A stretch of DNA of 64,000 nt from Felis catus (GCF_018350175.1 NC_058369.1:15378001-15442000); one strand, 5' to 3'. Positions 1 to 13,537 are shown, counted from the stretch's first letter. Numbers and translations: made by a program. The notes: a model not told the origin generated them from the sequence alone.

Positions 1-265
1 GGTGAGGGGAGGGGTGGAGTTGGAGTCAAATTACTGGCACAGTATTGAAAATTCTGAAAGAAAAAAAAAAAAGTCTGATTTTTTTTTTTTTTTTTTAGGA
101 TGTGCCTGGAAATAATTTTTCCTGTTGTCTTGAATTCCCACAGTTACATTATTAACATTTGCTAAGTTACTGCTTCTTGCCTTCCAAGAAGAGCAATAGA
201 AATAAAAAAGAGATAAAGTGGTGTTTTTGCCATTTCAACTGCATTTTACAAAGTAGTTCGTGTCC

Positions 266-473
266 GGGGCACCTGGGTGGCTCAGTCGGTTAAGCGCCCG
301 GCTTTGGCTCAGGTCATGATCTCACAGCTCATGAGTTCGAGCCCCGCGTCAGGCTGTGTGCTGACAGCTCAGAGCCCGGAGCCTGTTTCAGATTCCGTGT
401 CTCCCTCTCTCTCTGCCTCTCCCCTGTTCTCACTCTGTCTCTCTCTCTCTCAAAAATAAAGATTAAAAATAAA
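266..473 (+). mobile_element. CAN-SINE (feline type)
   Basis: GGGGCACCTGGGTGGCTCAGTCGG head, (CT)n, A-rich tail. Confidence 0.92.
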
Positions 474-962
474 ATAGTTCACATCCTACTGAGCCCCACA
501 TAACCCACACTGTGGTCCAGGGCATTCTTTATGTGGTCAAATGAATTTTTTGGCCACAGTGTCTCCTTTCGAACATTTCTCCTCATTACCCCAAACCATA
601 CGCTTTGGGAGGGTAGCAAATGGACACTTTCCAGTAATATTTATTGCTTGCCATTTGTCCTCACCCTTCCTTCAAGTCCACTCTGAACATTTGTCTGCCT
701 CGTTAGGTGCTTTTTGTCAGTAATCTCAGCCGGAACACCACAGAACTTTCCATCACACCGCGGAGCGTTCCGTCTCGCCAGGGAGCTTTAGGACATGTCT
801 CCCAAACATTAAATCACCCTCGTAGGGCGGTGTTCCAAGGAGGTCGCCCGTGGAAATGTGACCGAAAGCACTGTATGTGTTGCCCTTAGTTTTCTCTCCC
901 GGTGGCCACGTGTCGCGTTGTGTCTGCAGGGACGTTAGCAGGTGTCACGGCTGACCCTCCAG

Positions 963-1148
963 CAGGAGCTCTCAACCAGGGGCGATTTGGCCACCAGAGG
1001 ACGTTTGGCAATTCTGCCGCCATTTTTCTGTCATACTCGGGGAATGCTACTGGCTGAGACCAGGGACGCTCCCCAACATCCTACAGTCCTCGGCACAGCC
1101 TCACAGCTAAGTCCAGGAGGCCAGCAGTGCCAGGATTGAGAACCCACC
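963..1148. mobile_element. MER20-like hAT DNA transposon relic
   Basis: ctctcaaccaggggcgatttgg...gacgtttggcaat...tgctactggc...aacatcctaca...ttgagaaccc resembles recalled MER20 consensus. Confidence 0.75.
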
Positions 1149-2379
1149 ACGGGCAAGCTTGTGTGTATGAATAGCTGAAGCCGACAGTAGGCCTTGGCCC
1201 TCTGCATGAGTGATTTACTTATGCTCACCTCCGTCTCCAGGGCATATGTGGGTTGAAGAATAAATTTCTGTTCGGAATGAAGGTACCTTTGCCTTTGGGA
1301 ACAGAGCCCAGCGTGCAGAAACACAGTTGTCAGCTTTCCACTTCCGGACCGAGTGGATTTTTCCGGGGTGCCCGGAAATGCCGGGGTGCCCTGCGTCTTG
1401 CGAGAATGCCACGGTCCTTGGTCACTGAGGGAATTCAGACAAGAGGCTTCTCCAGATGCTTGTGCTTCCCTGTCTCGGTGACACAAAGCACCCCGAGTCG
1501 TGTGTTTCAGAATTACAGCTCTTCTTGAAGCACAGAATGAAGACTTTAAGAAATAGGGGGGTGGGTTTCTCCAAGACGGTGCTCCTTTTTCCCGAGGAAT
1601 GCGCCGTGGTTTTGTAACTTCTGTAGCTAATAGAGGGTCTCCCTCGGGAAGCTAAAGCCGAGGGTGTTAGTGCTGTCGATATCTCCGTGACTTGAGCATT
1701 TGCAAAGGAGGTGTTCTATGCTTCTTCCCCTTCTGAATAGGAATTCCCAGCACCAGCCCAGAGGACGCCAGCTTAGCCCAAACCCTGGGCCTCCCCTACT
1801 CCGAAGTCATCGAGACTTTGCCGGATGGCACAGAGAGACTCCGCAGCTCTGCTGAGGTGGGTTCCCCGTGGCGCGGGCCTGACAGCTTCTCAGATCATGA
1901 CCTTGGCCTGGGATCTGATGAGCTGTTTTCCTTCAGGTGCAGATTACAACCTGCCATTTCACTCATCCCTACACCTAATGGTCTTGCAGCCTCGTTTCTT
2001 AATCTTTGAAAACAAAACAACATTCTTGTCTTCAAGATCTAGAAATTTGTCACCTCTAAATCAAGCCTAATCCTAGGTTCGTGGTTATCGTAGTCATTCT
2101 ATTTTGGGAATCTCCTGCTGGAAAAAAAAAAAAAAATCTCCCCTTCTGGGAAAACTGATTCCCTGGGAGAGTGACTGAAATTGGCTGTTCTCCCCAGATT
2201 ATTGACTTGTTTCTACCTCAAGTTGAACTCGCCTGTGGAAATGAACACTGAAGTTGAATCGCGTTTATTCATTTGGTCCAGGTGGTAGGTCTGGCAGGAT
2301 TTGACCTCAGCCTTGCAGTTGCCCCAGGCCAGGGAGTATGATGGAGGAGGTAGGGTGAGGGCTAAGTGGGAAAGAGCAG

Positions 2380-2895
2380 AGCTGGTGCTTCTCGAACTTG
2401 AGCGCACCCCAGAGTCGACGGGCGCCTCGTTCGGACCCAGAGTGCCTGGCAGCTTCTGACTCAGCGGTCCCAGGTAGAACCCAAGAATTTGCACTTCTAG
2501 TAAGTTTCAGGTGCTTCTGTTGCTACTACTGATCCAGGATCCTTATTTTGAGGATCCCTGGCCCAGAACCTTGCTATTCAAAGTGTGGTCCCCGGACCGG
2601 CCGCACAGGCATCACTTGCTAGGTGTGGAGACTCTCAGAGCCCCCTGAGTCTAATAAGATCCCCCATGAGATCTGTGTGCTTATTGAGGTTTGACTCTTC
2701 TGGTTTAGAGCGCTGTTTCTTAAACTTGGCCGCCCTTCAGAAATACCTGGAAAGTGTTTTAAACTACTGATGCTTGAGTCCCACCCCAGAAATTCTGATC
2801 TGACGGTTACGGGGTGGGAGGCATGGATTGAACATCAAGCGTGTTCAGAGCTCCCCGCGTGATTCTCTTGTGCAGCTGAGTCTGGGAACTGCCGG
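2380..2895. mobile_element. Cluster of MER5-like (hAT-Charlie) relics
   Basis: cttctcgaacttgag, caaagtgtggtcc, cccaccccagaaattctga, gtgattct motifs. Confidence 0.6.
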
Positions 2896-3719
2896 TGTCA
2901 CCTAGTGAGTGCCTCCCTGGCCGTGTCTCTGAATCGCCCAGGAGATGCTTACTGGCCCCAGGCTGGGTGATCCTGATTCAGTTAGACCTGGAATTCTGGG
3001 ATTTTCAGGTTTGGGAGTCCCTGGCTATGGGCTATTTTGTAGATATGTATACAGGTAGACATATACAAAGAATAAGAGTGTGGCCAACTTTTTTTCCTTA
3101 TGCGAGTGACGTTTTCTGACTTTGTGTTTGTGCCTTCACTTTGTAAACGGTATCTCCAGATGTGAGTCATGCTCTCAGATACGGAACCTTAAACCTTCTC
3201 TTCGACCGTGTTGGGGCAGGCTCCCTGGAGGAAGTGCAGAGCCAAAACCAAGGTGCCTGTAGCGGAGCCCTCGATGTCTCAGCAGGGCAAGAAAGGAGGC
3301 ACTCGTGGCCAAAATTAGGCTTCTGAAGTGCCCAGAGAGATACTCCCTCTTTAGTATGGGACTGACGTGAATGAATGCTCCCTGGCTTGTTCGGATAGGT
3401 TCAGGTGGTCCATTGAACCCTCTCCAGGCTCTAGACTGAATATCTAGGACAACAAATGCTTTTTGGCAGGTGGAGGGAGAACAGGTGGTGAGAGGCTCCT
3501 GTCATCCGTGAGCCTCTGGGATGTAAAGACAGTGATACGTGGAGGAGGTAGACTTCCAAGAGAGCTTGTGATCGTTTGCCCCGTCATCGTGTGATGGCGG
3601 GGGTGTGGAGTGTGGAGTGCGGGCCTTGCCGCGGTCGCGAGCACTGCGTGTTCTTCGGGAGACCCTGCAGACCCCAAGGACGGGGCTGCTGTTGATCAAC
3701 AGCTGCACGTATTTCTGCA

Positions 3720-3830
3720 TATGCCTCATGCTCGTGAGCTCCTTGTGGGTGGGGGGCAGAGCATAATTATCTTCATGCCCCCAGTGCCCGGCAGAAGCCT
3801 GGCACATAGTAGGTATGCGGGCCGTCTTCA
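3720..3830 (+). mobile_element. L2 3'-end fragment
   Basis: gtgagctccttg...ccccagtgcc...gcctggcacatagtagg. Confidence 0.6.
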
Positions 3831-3959
3831 GTGAACCAATTCCGGGGTCCCCTGAGCCCCCCATTGGCATTCTATGCCGGTTCCATTCTTACCATTAGTT
3901 TGGTTCTGAGAAGGGCATCAGATGAAAAGAGAAATTCTATTTTCAACTTAGAAAGAAAT

Positions 3960-4182
3960 TTTTTTTTCTTTTTTTTAATTTTTAACGTTTATTTATGAGA
4001 CAGAGAGAGACAGAGCGTGAACAGGGGAGGGGCAGAGAGAGAGGGAGACACAGAATCTGAAACAGGCTCCAGGCTCTGAGCAGTCAGCACAGAGCCCGAT
4101 GTGGGGCTCGAACTCACGGACCATGAGATCATGACCTGAGCCGAAGTTGGACGCTTAACCGACCGAGCCACCCAGGTGCCCC
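3960..4182 (-). mobile_element. CAN-SINE inserted at the tail of the adjacent SINE
   Basis: Poly-T, (GA)n, ends caggtgcccc. Confidence 0.92.
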
Positions 4183-4190
4183 AGAAAAAA

Positions 4191-4250
4191 TTTTTTTTAA
4201 TATTTAATTTTGAGAGAGGGAGAGATAGAACATGAGTTGGGGGGGGGGGC

Positions 4251-4293
<43 letters not shown>

Positions 4294-4421
4294 ATCCCAA
4301 GCAGGCTCCAGGCTCCGAGCCATCAGCCCAGAGCCCGATGCGGGGCTCGGACCCACAAACTGGGAGATCCTGAGCCGAGCCGAAGTCGGATGCTTAACCG
4401 ACTGCGCCCCCCAGGCGCCCC
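4191..4421 (-). mobile_element. CAN-SINE with (GACA)n expansion
   Basis: SINE body ending ccaggcgcccc. Confidence 0.9.
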
Positions 4422-4884
4422 TCTCTTTTCTACTTGTGTTTCACTCCGCTGTCTCTAAATCGAGAGCATTTAAACAGAGAAGAAGTGGTTCTGGTCCTTC
4501 CAGCTGTGGCTCCAGTTCGTTCCCCTGCTTTGCCTGAAATGCCTTCGGCTTCAGGATATTGAACCTTTTCTCTTCCAGATTATGTTTCCCCCAACAGGGG
4601 ACTGGTCATTAGAAATGCATATCATGCAGTTCTTTGTTGGCAGCTCAAAGCATTTGATGTCTGCAGTATCTCGGGGCTCAGGTGATGAGGAGAGCCGCGG
4701 AACTGGAGCCGGTTTGCCCGTTAGACACAGTGGACACGGGGCGTGGGGCTGACGGTGCTTTTAGGGGCTCCTCAACAAGGTTTTCACTTCTTTTAAAACC
4801 AGAGGGAAAAAAGCGAACTTGTAGGATTTCAAAATTTCATTCGTTTTCATTCCACACACTCCTAAAATACAATTGTAACAAACG

Positions 4885-5081
4885 TTTTTCAAGTTTGTTT
4901 ATTTTGAGGGACCGAGCACAAGCAGGGGAGGGGCCGAGAGAAAGAGAGACAGACTCCCAAGCAGGCTCCACACCATCAGTGCAGAGCCCAGCGTGGGGCT
5001 TGAACTCACAAACCGTGAGATCGTGACCTGAGCCGAGATCAAGAGTCAGACGCCTAACCCGATGTGCCACCCAGGTGCCCC
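4885..5081 (-). mobile_element. CAN-SINE (older)
   Basis: SINE body; flanking taaaataca repeat. Confidence 0.88.
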
Positions 5082-5268
5082 ATAAAATACAGTCTTTGGT
5101 ATTATCCTAGGGAGGAAGGGGCCACAAAGATAGAGGCACCCGGGGCTCGTGAAGACACAACATGGCCCTGCACAGACCACACACGAAAATCGCACTCTGG
5201 TGGCATGGGGGTGGTGACACCTTGTCCCTGGGGAGGGAAGACTAGGATTTCTCTCTTTCCCCTTGCAG

Positions 5269-5552
5269 TTCACAGGCATGAACCGGCAGGATGCGTTTCT
5301 AGCCTTGACCCAGAAAGCCCGGAGGAAGAGAGTCGGTGGAGACGTGACGAGTGACAAACTGAAGGACTGGCTGGTCTCGCGACAGCGGTACTGGGGCACG
5401 CCCATCCCCATGGTCCACTGCCCGGCCTGTGGCCCCGTGCCGGTGCCTCTGCAGGATTTGCCCGTGACCTTGCCCCACATCACAGCTTTTACCGGCAAGG
5501 GAGGCTCCCCTCTGGCCACGGCTTCGGACTGGGTGAACTGCGCCTGCCCGAG
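5269..5552 (+). CDS. LARS2: Mitochondrial LeuRS coding exon (about exon 13), 284 nt
   Basis: ttgcag| ... AG|gtaag; encodes [10 protein letters not shown]...[24 protein letters not shown]...WVNCACP. Confidence 0.97.
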
Positions 5553-6269
5553 GTAAGGGGTCCCCAGCACCCTGCTGGAGTCTCAGACTCTCGGCTCCCT
5601 TGACCTGGCACTTCGACCGGACTGGAAAGAATATGCTAGGTCTCTCGGGACGTTGGAGAGAAGGGACTGGAATCTGAGGCCTGGCCACCGGGATGAGCAC
5701 CCTCTCCTCTCCTCTCTGAGCCAGAAGCAGCAGCGGGTGTCCATTCACATCCTTGCCAGAAACACCTGGTCCCATTGATGGAAAGCCGCACGTGTTCAGC
5801 ATAGCTTTGTAAAAGGCCACTTCCTCCCATTTCGTATTCCAGAGAGCTTCTTGGAAGCAGAGAAAATGGTGTCTCCTCTCTGCCTTGGTTTTCCCACCTA
5901 GAGGCTTGGTAACAATGGAGATTTTCTCATAAGTAGCAGCGTGGGAGCTACGAGGGTGTGTATGCTGAGGGGTTTCGCTCTTTAATATACTGAAACACCT
6001 GCTCGTTTTGGAAGTAGGATTGTTGCACCGTCCGTTCCCCGGCGTATCTCAGATGTGATTCTTGTGATACCAGACCGGCTGATTAAACAACTAAGTAACG
6101 AGTACCGGCTGTGTATCTTCCTGCTTCCTTCTGTGGAGAAGCCATTTTTTTCTGGGCCTTACAGATCGCGATGAGGGTGTTAAAATGTAGTCCTCTGCCA
6201 GTACAGAGCTGAATTACGAGGTTGGTAATCAGGGAACCATAGTGCAGTTGCAGGGCCCAAGCTGGGGAG

Positions 6270-6460
6270 TCGGACAGTAACGGGTCCAAGGCCTGGCCCT
6301 GCCTCCTAACTAGCCATGCGGCCTTGGGAAAGTCACTTAACTTCTCTGAGCTTCGGTTTTCTTACCAGAAACTAAACCCCCTCGAAGGGCCGCTCGGGAG
6401 GCTAGAATTGAGACATGTAATCCTGCACAGTGACCCTTACCAGTCAGTGAATGGAAGTGT
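6270..6460 (+). mobile_element. MIR
   Basis: ccttgggaaagtcacttaacttctctgagcttcggtttt core. Confidence 0.7.
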
Positions 6461-6839
6461 TACCACTGTCCTCCTGGGTCCTCACCCAGCTGGTTTTAAG
6501 ATAAGGCTTGTGGGCAGGAACATAGGGAGCTCTGGGTCTTTTGGGGGTAGAAACGTGGGCTCCAGGAGAAGCCAGCACACCCTCCGTATTGATAAGCGGT
6601 GACAAAAGGGTCTCTCTGCCGGAGACACTGGTGGCCTTCGGCGCACCAGCTGCAGCAGCCCAGGGCCCTTGCGGTGGGGAGAAGGTTTCCTCCCCTGGTT
6701 GTGGATTCCTGGAGGTCAGAGCGCAGGTCTTTGGTATTGGTCCAGGCTCCCTGGACGATTCTAGTGAGCATCTAGGGCTGACAGTCACGGAACCAGCGTG
6801 TCCAGTGGTAAGGACCGCAGGTGCCCGAGTCCAACAGGT

Positions 6840-7010
6840 GTGGAGTCCTTACTCTTGAGCTCCAAGACCTTGGGCAGATTGCTTAACCTGTCTGGGCTTC
6901 GGTTACTCGGTTACTGCAGAATGGGGACACGAGTAGTACCTACCTCGTAATCCCCGGCGTTCCCGGGATTAAATGAGAGAATGCCTGGGAAGCATTGGGC
7001 TCATTGCCTG
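6840..7010 (+). mobile_element. MIR
   Basis: gaccttgggcagattgcttaacctgtctg...aatgggg...gtacctacctc...gattaaatgaga. Confidence 0.75.
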
Positions 7011-8935
7011 CCACCCACCCCCGCCCTCGTTAGTACCGTTGGCGCTCCTAATGACAATACCATTGTCACTGTCACCAGCACCTGTCTCTCCCACTTACCA
7101 AGTAGCCTGGCCACATCACCAGCTTTTTGTGTCGGTCGTAAAATATGTTGGTGTCCTCAAGTCCAATGTGACCACTAAAAAGAAAATCAACCTGGCAAGC
7201 TGTAGGCGGACATTCCTCCTTTGATCAGTTGAGCCCTGAATTTTCTTCCTGACTTGTACACCTGCACTAATAGTGTGGGAGAATAAGGAACTTTTGTGTT
7301 GTAATTATTTCCCCAAATAGTGTCTACGTTCTGGTTGATTGCTTTCCAACTAAAAAGATCTGGCTTTAATTTAGAGATGTGCTGTTGCGCTCGGCGGCTT
7401 CTAGTAGCCCCGGGCGGTAGGAAACAGGATTCCCTCGGGCTCCCTCCCCTAAACATCTGCCCCCAGGGCCCACCGCTGTCCCCAGAGGGAGGCCCCTGTG
7501 AGTCCCAGAGCCCCGCCAGATCCGGGGCTTCTGTCTCTCTGCTCAGCTTCTATTTAATAAGCAGGAGCTTGGGGGGTGGGGGGGGGGTGGTGGTGATGGC
7601 TGTCTCCTTCAGTACTATCTGTAAAGGCAGTATGAACTGCTTCACAGATGCAAGCTCTAAATGCAAGCCTTCTTTTATTTTTAAATTAAAAGCAGACTCA
7701 TGCCCTTGCATGCAAAATGAGCAGAAGATTCATCAGACCCTCTTGAGGTTCCTCACGAGCCTCCTCAAAATCTCCAAGAACCCCCAAGGACTCCGACTGC
7801 CAAAAAGGCAGCTATTTTAGAAGGGTGGTTGGTCCTACATCTGTGTCTCAAAAGGCAGAGCCTGGAGTCAGAACTGTGTTCTCCAGCAGTCCTTCTCCCT
7901 GCCACAAAGGGCCCCTGTTCGCAGCTGGTGATAAATGGCGCGACCCATCACTGCTGATCCAAGCCTGGAGGAGTCTTCGGGCGTGGGGGCAGGGAGGCTG
8001 AGCCCTTCCTAGGCTAGGCCGGACTAAGGGCGCCCTCTCTTGGGTTCCTGCAAGTTATAGGATTTTTGCACCCGGTTTGTGTGGTTCCGTGGGCCCATCA
8101 CACTGGGCACGTGCTTCGGGACTGGTTCAGCCGTTGGGCCCTTGTGGAACCTTAGTCCTCCCCAGGCATCCCCATCTCGAGGATTGCTTTTTCTTTTCAG
8201 CCCTTCACACTCCAAGGATCTCACTTCATTTGCTTTCTTGAATGGTAGGGCTATCTTTACCCTTCTGTATCCCATCCTTCAGCAGGGGGTGTGTTGGAGG
8301 GGAGCTTCTGATTTGTGGCGTTTGCCAATTTCTATAGTGTACGTACTTCTGCAAGGGCTAGGTTCGGGCTACTGTCTCGACATGACTTGTCACCGAGCCG
8401 GGAAGACGTGTGAACAGTTGATTCTCACAAGCCGGTGTGAGAGGTGGCCCCAGCACGCCACTGCCTTTGGACCTCCAAGGTGACCTCTCTTCCCAAGGTT
8501 TCGAATTCTGCACCCCTGGCCCTAGTAGAGATAGGGAAAACCCAAGTTTATTCTTTAGCACATCTACATTTGGTTTTCAACTTCTCTTTATAAGTCGATT
8601 TCCTTCACAAGTATCATAAACTAGGCATTGGCTGAAGGCAATCTTGACACGCCTAAAATAGAAGTTAACGTGCAAAAGAGACCCTCCGGGCTTATCCTCT
8701 TAGGTTGTTAGATTTTCTACCAGGTAAAATTCAGACAAGTGGAGGATAACGCTTTTACTTGGCGAAGGTTTAAATTTTTATTTGTAAATTTCTTCAAAAC
8801 ATCATGTACCGAACAATACAAAAGGAGAGTATCCTCTGAATTACCAATCCATGATGAAGCATTGTTCTTGGGACATTCTAAATTGATATTCAGCTGTCAT
8901 CGCTTTCCCAAAAGCTGGTGGAAAAACTGCATTAA

Positions 8936-9082
<147 letters not shown>

Positions 9083-9109
9083 TAAAGCCTTGCTGAATCC
9101 TTTGAGCAT

Positions 9110-10020
9110 GTGTCAGTTTGGGTCCTCCAAGAAGCAGACACCAAGATAGAGTCATAGGTCCAAGAGATTTAGTGAGGGCAGCGCCTGAAAGGTTGGGGGG
9201 GAAAGGGAGCAGGAGCCGGTGGGGAGAGCCCTTATAGACCACAGTGCGGGTCCCATGCCGAGAGGGGAGTGGGAGGAAGGAAGGAGGGTTGCGTCGGAAG
9301 AGTCTCAGACCACAGTGCAGCTCTGAGAATGTCTTAGCCAGGCTGCCAGGAAGCCCCGAGCAAAGGTTATCCAGTAGAAAGTCCCAAGTCCGTCAGTGAG
9401 AAATAAGCCCACTGACCCAATCAAAGGAGGCACTCGGAGACTTGGAGCACCATGAAGCGAGGCTTTAATCAACATTCAGCGTTTTTGCAAGAGCAGGTGT
9501 CTGATAGAAAGGCATGCTAGGGGGCGGTCACAGCAGATAATTTATCTCCTAGCCTGCAAGTCCCTCCCCTGGTTCCTCATTGGCTGAGTACTACAGAAGT
9601 ACCCCCCTTACTGGGGGTGGGGCGTATGCCCATGTAAGGCAAAAAGTAGTTCTGATTGGAACAAACTTACTTTCTCTGAAGTGGCACAGAGACTTTTAGT
9701 CCCTTCTTTGTTCTTTGGAGCATGCTCATTGCAAAGCCCGCAAAAATAAGCCTGAGAAACAGAGAGGGGAAGAAGAACCCGGAAGTGAAGTGTCCCAAGG
9801 GTTTGGACTCCATTATGGGGTGGGGGTGGGGGGCTGATATATACTTGCAGTAGGTTGTAAACCTACTGTTAGCTAAACAGCACAGCTTTTATTTGGTATT
9901 GAATCCTCTCCCTTACTTCTTACATCCCCTCCCTCTGGGAGAGCAGGGGCTGTAGGGATACTGAATGGTCCCAAAGGCACAACGCCTGGAAGCCGCTGGT
10001 CAACTGCTCACCTTGACGCC
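9110..10020. mobile_element. Old ERVL-class (LTR16/LTR33-like) LTR interrupted by a younger LTR
   Basis: gggtcctccaagaagcagacac...agagtctcagaccacagtgcagctctgagaa; appears to resume after 9924. Confidence 0.55.
9397..9924 (-). mobile_element. Solo LTR (probably ERV1-class), ~530 bp
   Basis: TG...CA ends with imperfect terminal inverted repeat; minus-strand CCAAT x2, GATAAA and ATTAAA in U3-R order. Confidence 0.65.
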
Positions 10021-11571
10021 GGCTCTCATAAGCGAGTGTGTCAGATTATTAAATTAGATTCGTCGCAGCCAAGCAAGCCCCAAGTACAAGAAAAATTAAA
10101 AAACAGACGAAGGAAGAAAATTCTGTCACAATACCCTTCTTGGCCCTGTGGTGAACTGCGTTGTAGGGTTATTAAGATGTAATGTTTTACTTAACCGGAA
10201 GTAATGATGGGAGGGAAGGAAGTAGGGAGTGTGAGAGAGCTAGGGAGCATTGCCTCTGGTCACATACACTCGGTAATTTCTAAAATCGATAAATCAATAA
10301 AGGGTGGAATTGCCGGAAGAAACGGCTACAAGAATTCCAAGTGGCTAAGCGGGAGGCGGGGTGGTGCTCACGAAGGCAGGGGGCCGGAGACCAGTGTTGA
10401 AATCGCAGACCTCTCGGTACTGCCTGAGTTTTCAGCCCTGTGCGTGTTTCTTAGGCAAAGAGAAATAAATGAATAAGGGAAAGAGCTGTAGGGAGAGAGG
10501 GTAAAGAGAATGAGCGAAAGAAGGCTGTCGCAGAGCACTTAAGATCGCACCCACCATGCATCAAAGACCTCGGCAGCCTGCTGTCATCCTCCAGAGAACC
10601 ATTGCTCTCCAGCCCCATAGTCTGCATATCAGAACGCACCCCCCCCCCACTCCTTTTCCTTCATCATTGCAAAAGAATACATTTCCAGTGAGGTGGGTGC
10701 TCTGGCCCTCCCCATGCCAGAGTCCCGCCCTGCGAGATGGCCAGTCTGTAATTTGAGTTCAGGCCATCCAGGAATGAGTGGACCCTGAGTAAACCATAGC
10801 CGGCTAAGCCACGATACCCGGGGACTGCCGCGGCCGGGAAGAGGGCCCCTTTTCTGGCTCTTCCTTCTAGAAGGAGCTGTTGGCACCATCCGTCCGGTAG
10901 CAGCTGCTCAGAATGCCAGGGCCGTCAGGCTCTACCTGTCAGAATGCTTCAAGGAAAACCTTCTTACAGAGGATGAAAGCTCTACATCAGCGCGGACCCT
11001 TGACTGGCGAGAGACGCCTCTGGGGCCTTCACAGCCCCCCCCTCCCCCCCCCCCCGATCTGGGAACACCCTTTAGCACATCATAAGAATGCAGCTGCTAG
11101 TTTTAGCACGGCTTGAGTGCTTACCGCCTGGCTTCCAGGGTAAATCCTGGGGCAATGGCTACTTTCCATGTCTTAATGCACCCCACACTCGTGTTCCCGA
11201 GGAGTCTCACCCTTGACCTCCCTTTCTCTTCTGGCACATGGATCGGCAGGTGGATTTTTCTGAGGAACCGTTATTCACAAAGAACAAAAGTTGTTTGAGT
11301 TTTACCAGAATTCTGGCATGGTGACTGGAGAAAACCCGGCTGCATGAAGGTGCAAATGCGGGCGGTTGGCCAGGTTTACCTGCTGAGCGGCAGGCTCCGT
11401 CTTGCGGCCGGAGCCGAGTCCGTGCTGGGGGAAAAAAATTGCTTTGAGGTGTAGGGAAGAGAATTCACCCATATTTGAAACCACGGAGTACAGATCCTCC
11501 GAAGGCAGAGCCTTACTTCATTGGATGAGCTCAAGGAAGCACATTATCTTGGGGTTAAAGGTCCTCAGCCA

Positions 11572-11778
11572 GGGGTGCCTGGGTGGCTCCGGTCAGTTTA
11601 GCGTCCGACCTCAGCTCAGGTCATGATCTCGTGGTTCGTGGGTCCGAGCCCTGTGTCTCGCTCTGTGCTGACAGCTCAGAGCCTGGAGCCTGCTTCGGAT
11701 TCTGCGTCTCCCTTGCTCTCTGCCCCTTGCACTCTGTGTGTGTCTCTCTCTCAAAGATAAATAAACATTCAAAAAAGG
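11572..11778 (+). mobile_element. CAN-SINE with 16-bp TSD
   Basis: taaaggtcctcagcca at 11556 and 11779. Confidence 0.93.
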
Positions 11779-12539
11779 TAAAGGTCCTCAGCCAGCTCTG
11801 CTCCCCTCCCCACGACACACGCACATGCACACCCGCACACACCTCTGCATACTCACAGACTCCCCCCTTCAGGGTCCCAGCCAGAAAATAGAGGGAAGTA
11901 GTACTTTCTTTACTCCCCAGGGAGTATGAGGAGGCCTTTCGTGTAGGATCTTTGTCACTGATAGCATCCGTTAGGTGAGAGAGAGATGTTGGCCCGATTT
12001 TGTGATGGTTACCCTAACTATGCTCCTTGCACGCAGGAGACCGTATACAGGCTCTCGCTGACTATCTGTGTTTTAACGCTGCTTTTAAAAATAAGATTGA
12101 ATTCCTGTTTTAAAATGTACATGTAGTGTCTACCTGTTAATCTCCTCGTAAATGCCATATTGCCCCCTGTTGGTAAGAACTCACACATCCCAATTGCCTT
12201 ATCGGAATAAAAACTACAACATAAAGCCACGTATTCAAATATGCATTTTACAGAAATACCTCTTTCCCAGAAATACCTTTTTTTGCTGCTATGTTTTCCT
12301 CTTGTCTCCATTTTATATGGAAATCGGCATTTGTTAAATTGTCAGCAGCAACTTCTGAAACAGTTTTCATAAATTTCTGAATTTAACACGGACCTGACTT
12401 TCCTTTAGTAGATAAGTTTTTCTCCTACAATATTTTTGAAAAGAAAACAAGTGTTTCTCTGACATAATCTGTTTCAGGGCGTATGCAGATTACAGTGGGT
12501 CTGTCTGATTTATGTAATTGAGGCAAAGTGGGTTTTTAA

Positions 12540-12704
<165 letters not shown>

Positions 12705-13249
12705 TGAGCATTTATCCCCCTTTGCCAAAGAACTTGGTTCCGTGAACGACAACCGAAAGCAGGTGCCAGTTCTTCCGGGGACCAAGGTAAATGGAGGTCG
12801 TGGCAGACTTCCGGTTTTCAAGTGTACTTGGGAGGTCACTGTCAGCCTTCGCCGCGTGAAGTGCCATTTCTGTTGCTTCGTTTCACTTCTAGCCTGTGAG
12901 ATTGCCCGTTCGCACAGAATCTTGCCCTCAGCTCTTGTCTGTTTAGCGGAGTTAAGTAACTGAGCTGTTTACTTGTGAGGCAGAGACAAGCGCTCATAAT
13001 GTTGCATGGCTTTTTACAGTGTCTCGTTTCAGGTGGTGTTTGTCATCTGGCCACACTCGATGTAAGCTCTTTTTCTAAGCCTGACTGAATCGTGCCTGGA
13101 TAGATGACGCTGAGAAAAGCAGATAATGGATTAAAGCTGGGGAATCCCATTGTAAATCCATTGATAAATTTTCTTCCTATTGGCCTATAACCTATTCCCC
13201 ATTATGGTCAGCAAGGTATATGTGCGCTTTTTCCCCCCATGAAATACGT

Positions 13250-13537
13250 CATATATATATGTATGTATATGCGTATACATATATATGTATATACATATAT
13301 ACGCATATACATATATATAATATTGCATGTACATGTGATAAATATATATGTATATATTGTATATATGTATATGTACATATGTATATACATATACATATGT
13401 ATATATGTATATGCATATAATATGTATATTGTATATATGTATATGTGTATACATATATATGTATATACATATATACGCGTATACATATATATAATATTGC
13501 ATGTACATATGATAAATATATATGTATATATTGTATA
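13250..13537. repeat. Compound (TA/TG/CA)n purine-pyrimidine alternating repeat with internal duplication
   Basis: A ~98-nt block recurs 174 nt apart. Confidence 0.93.
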
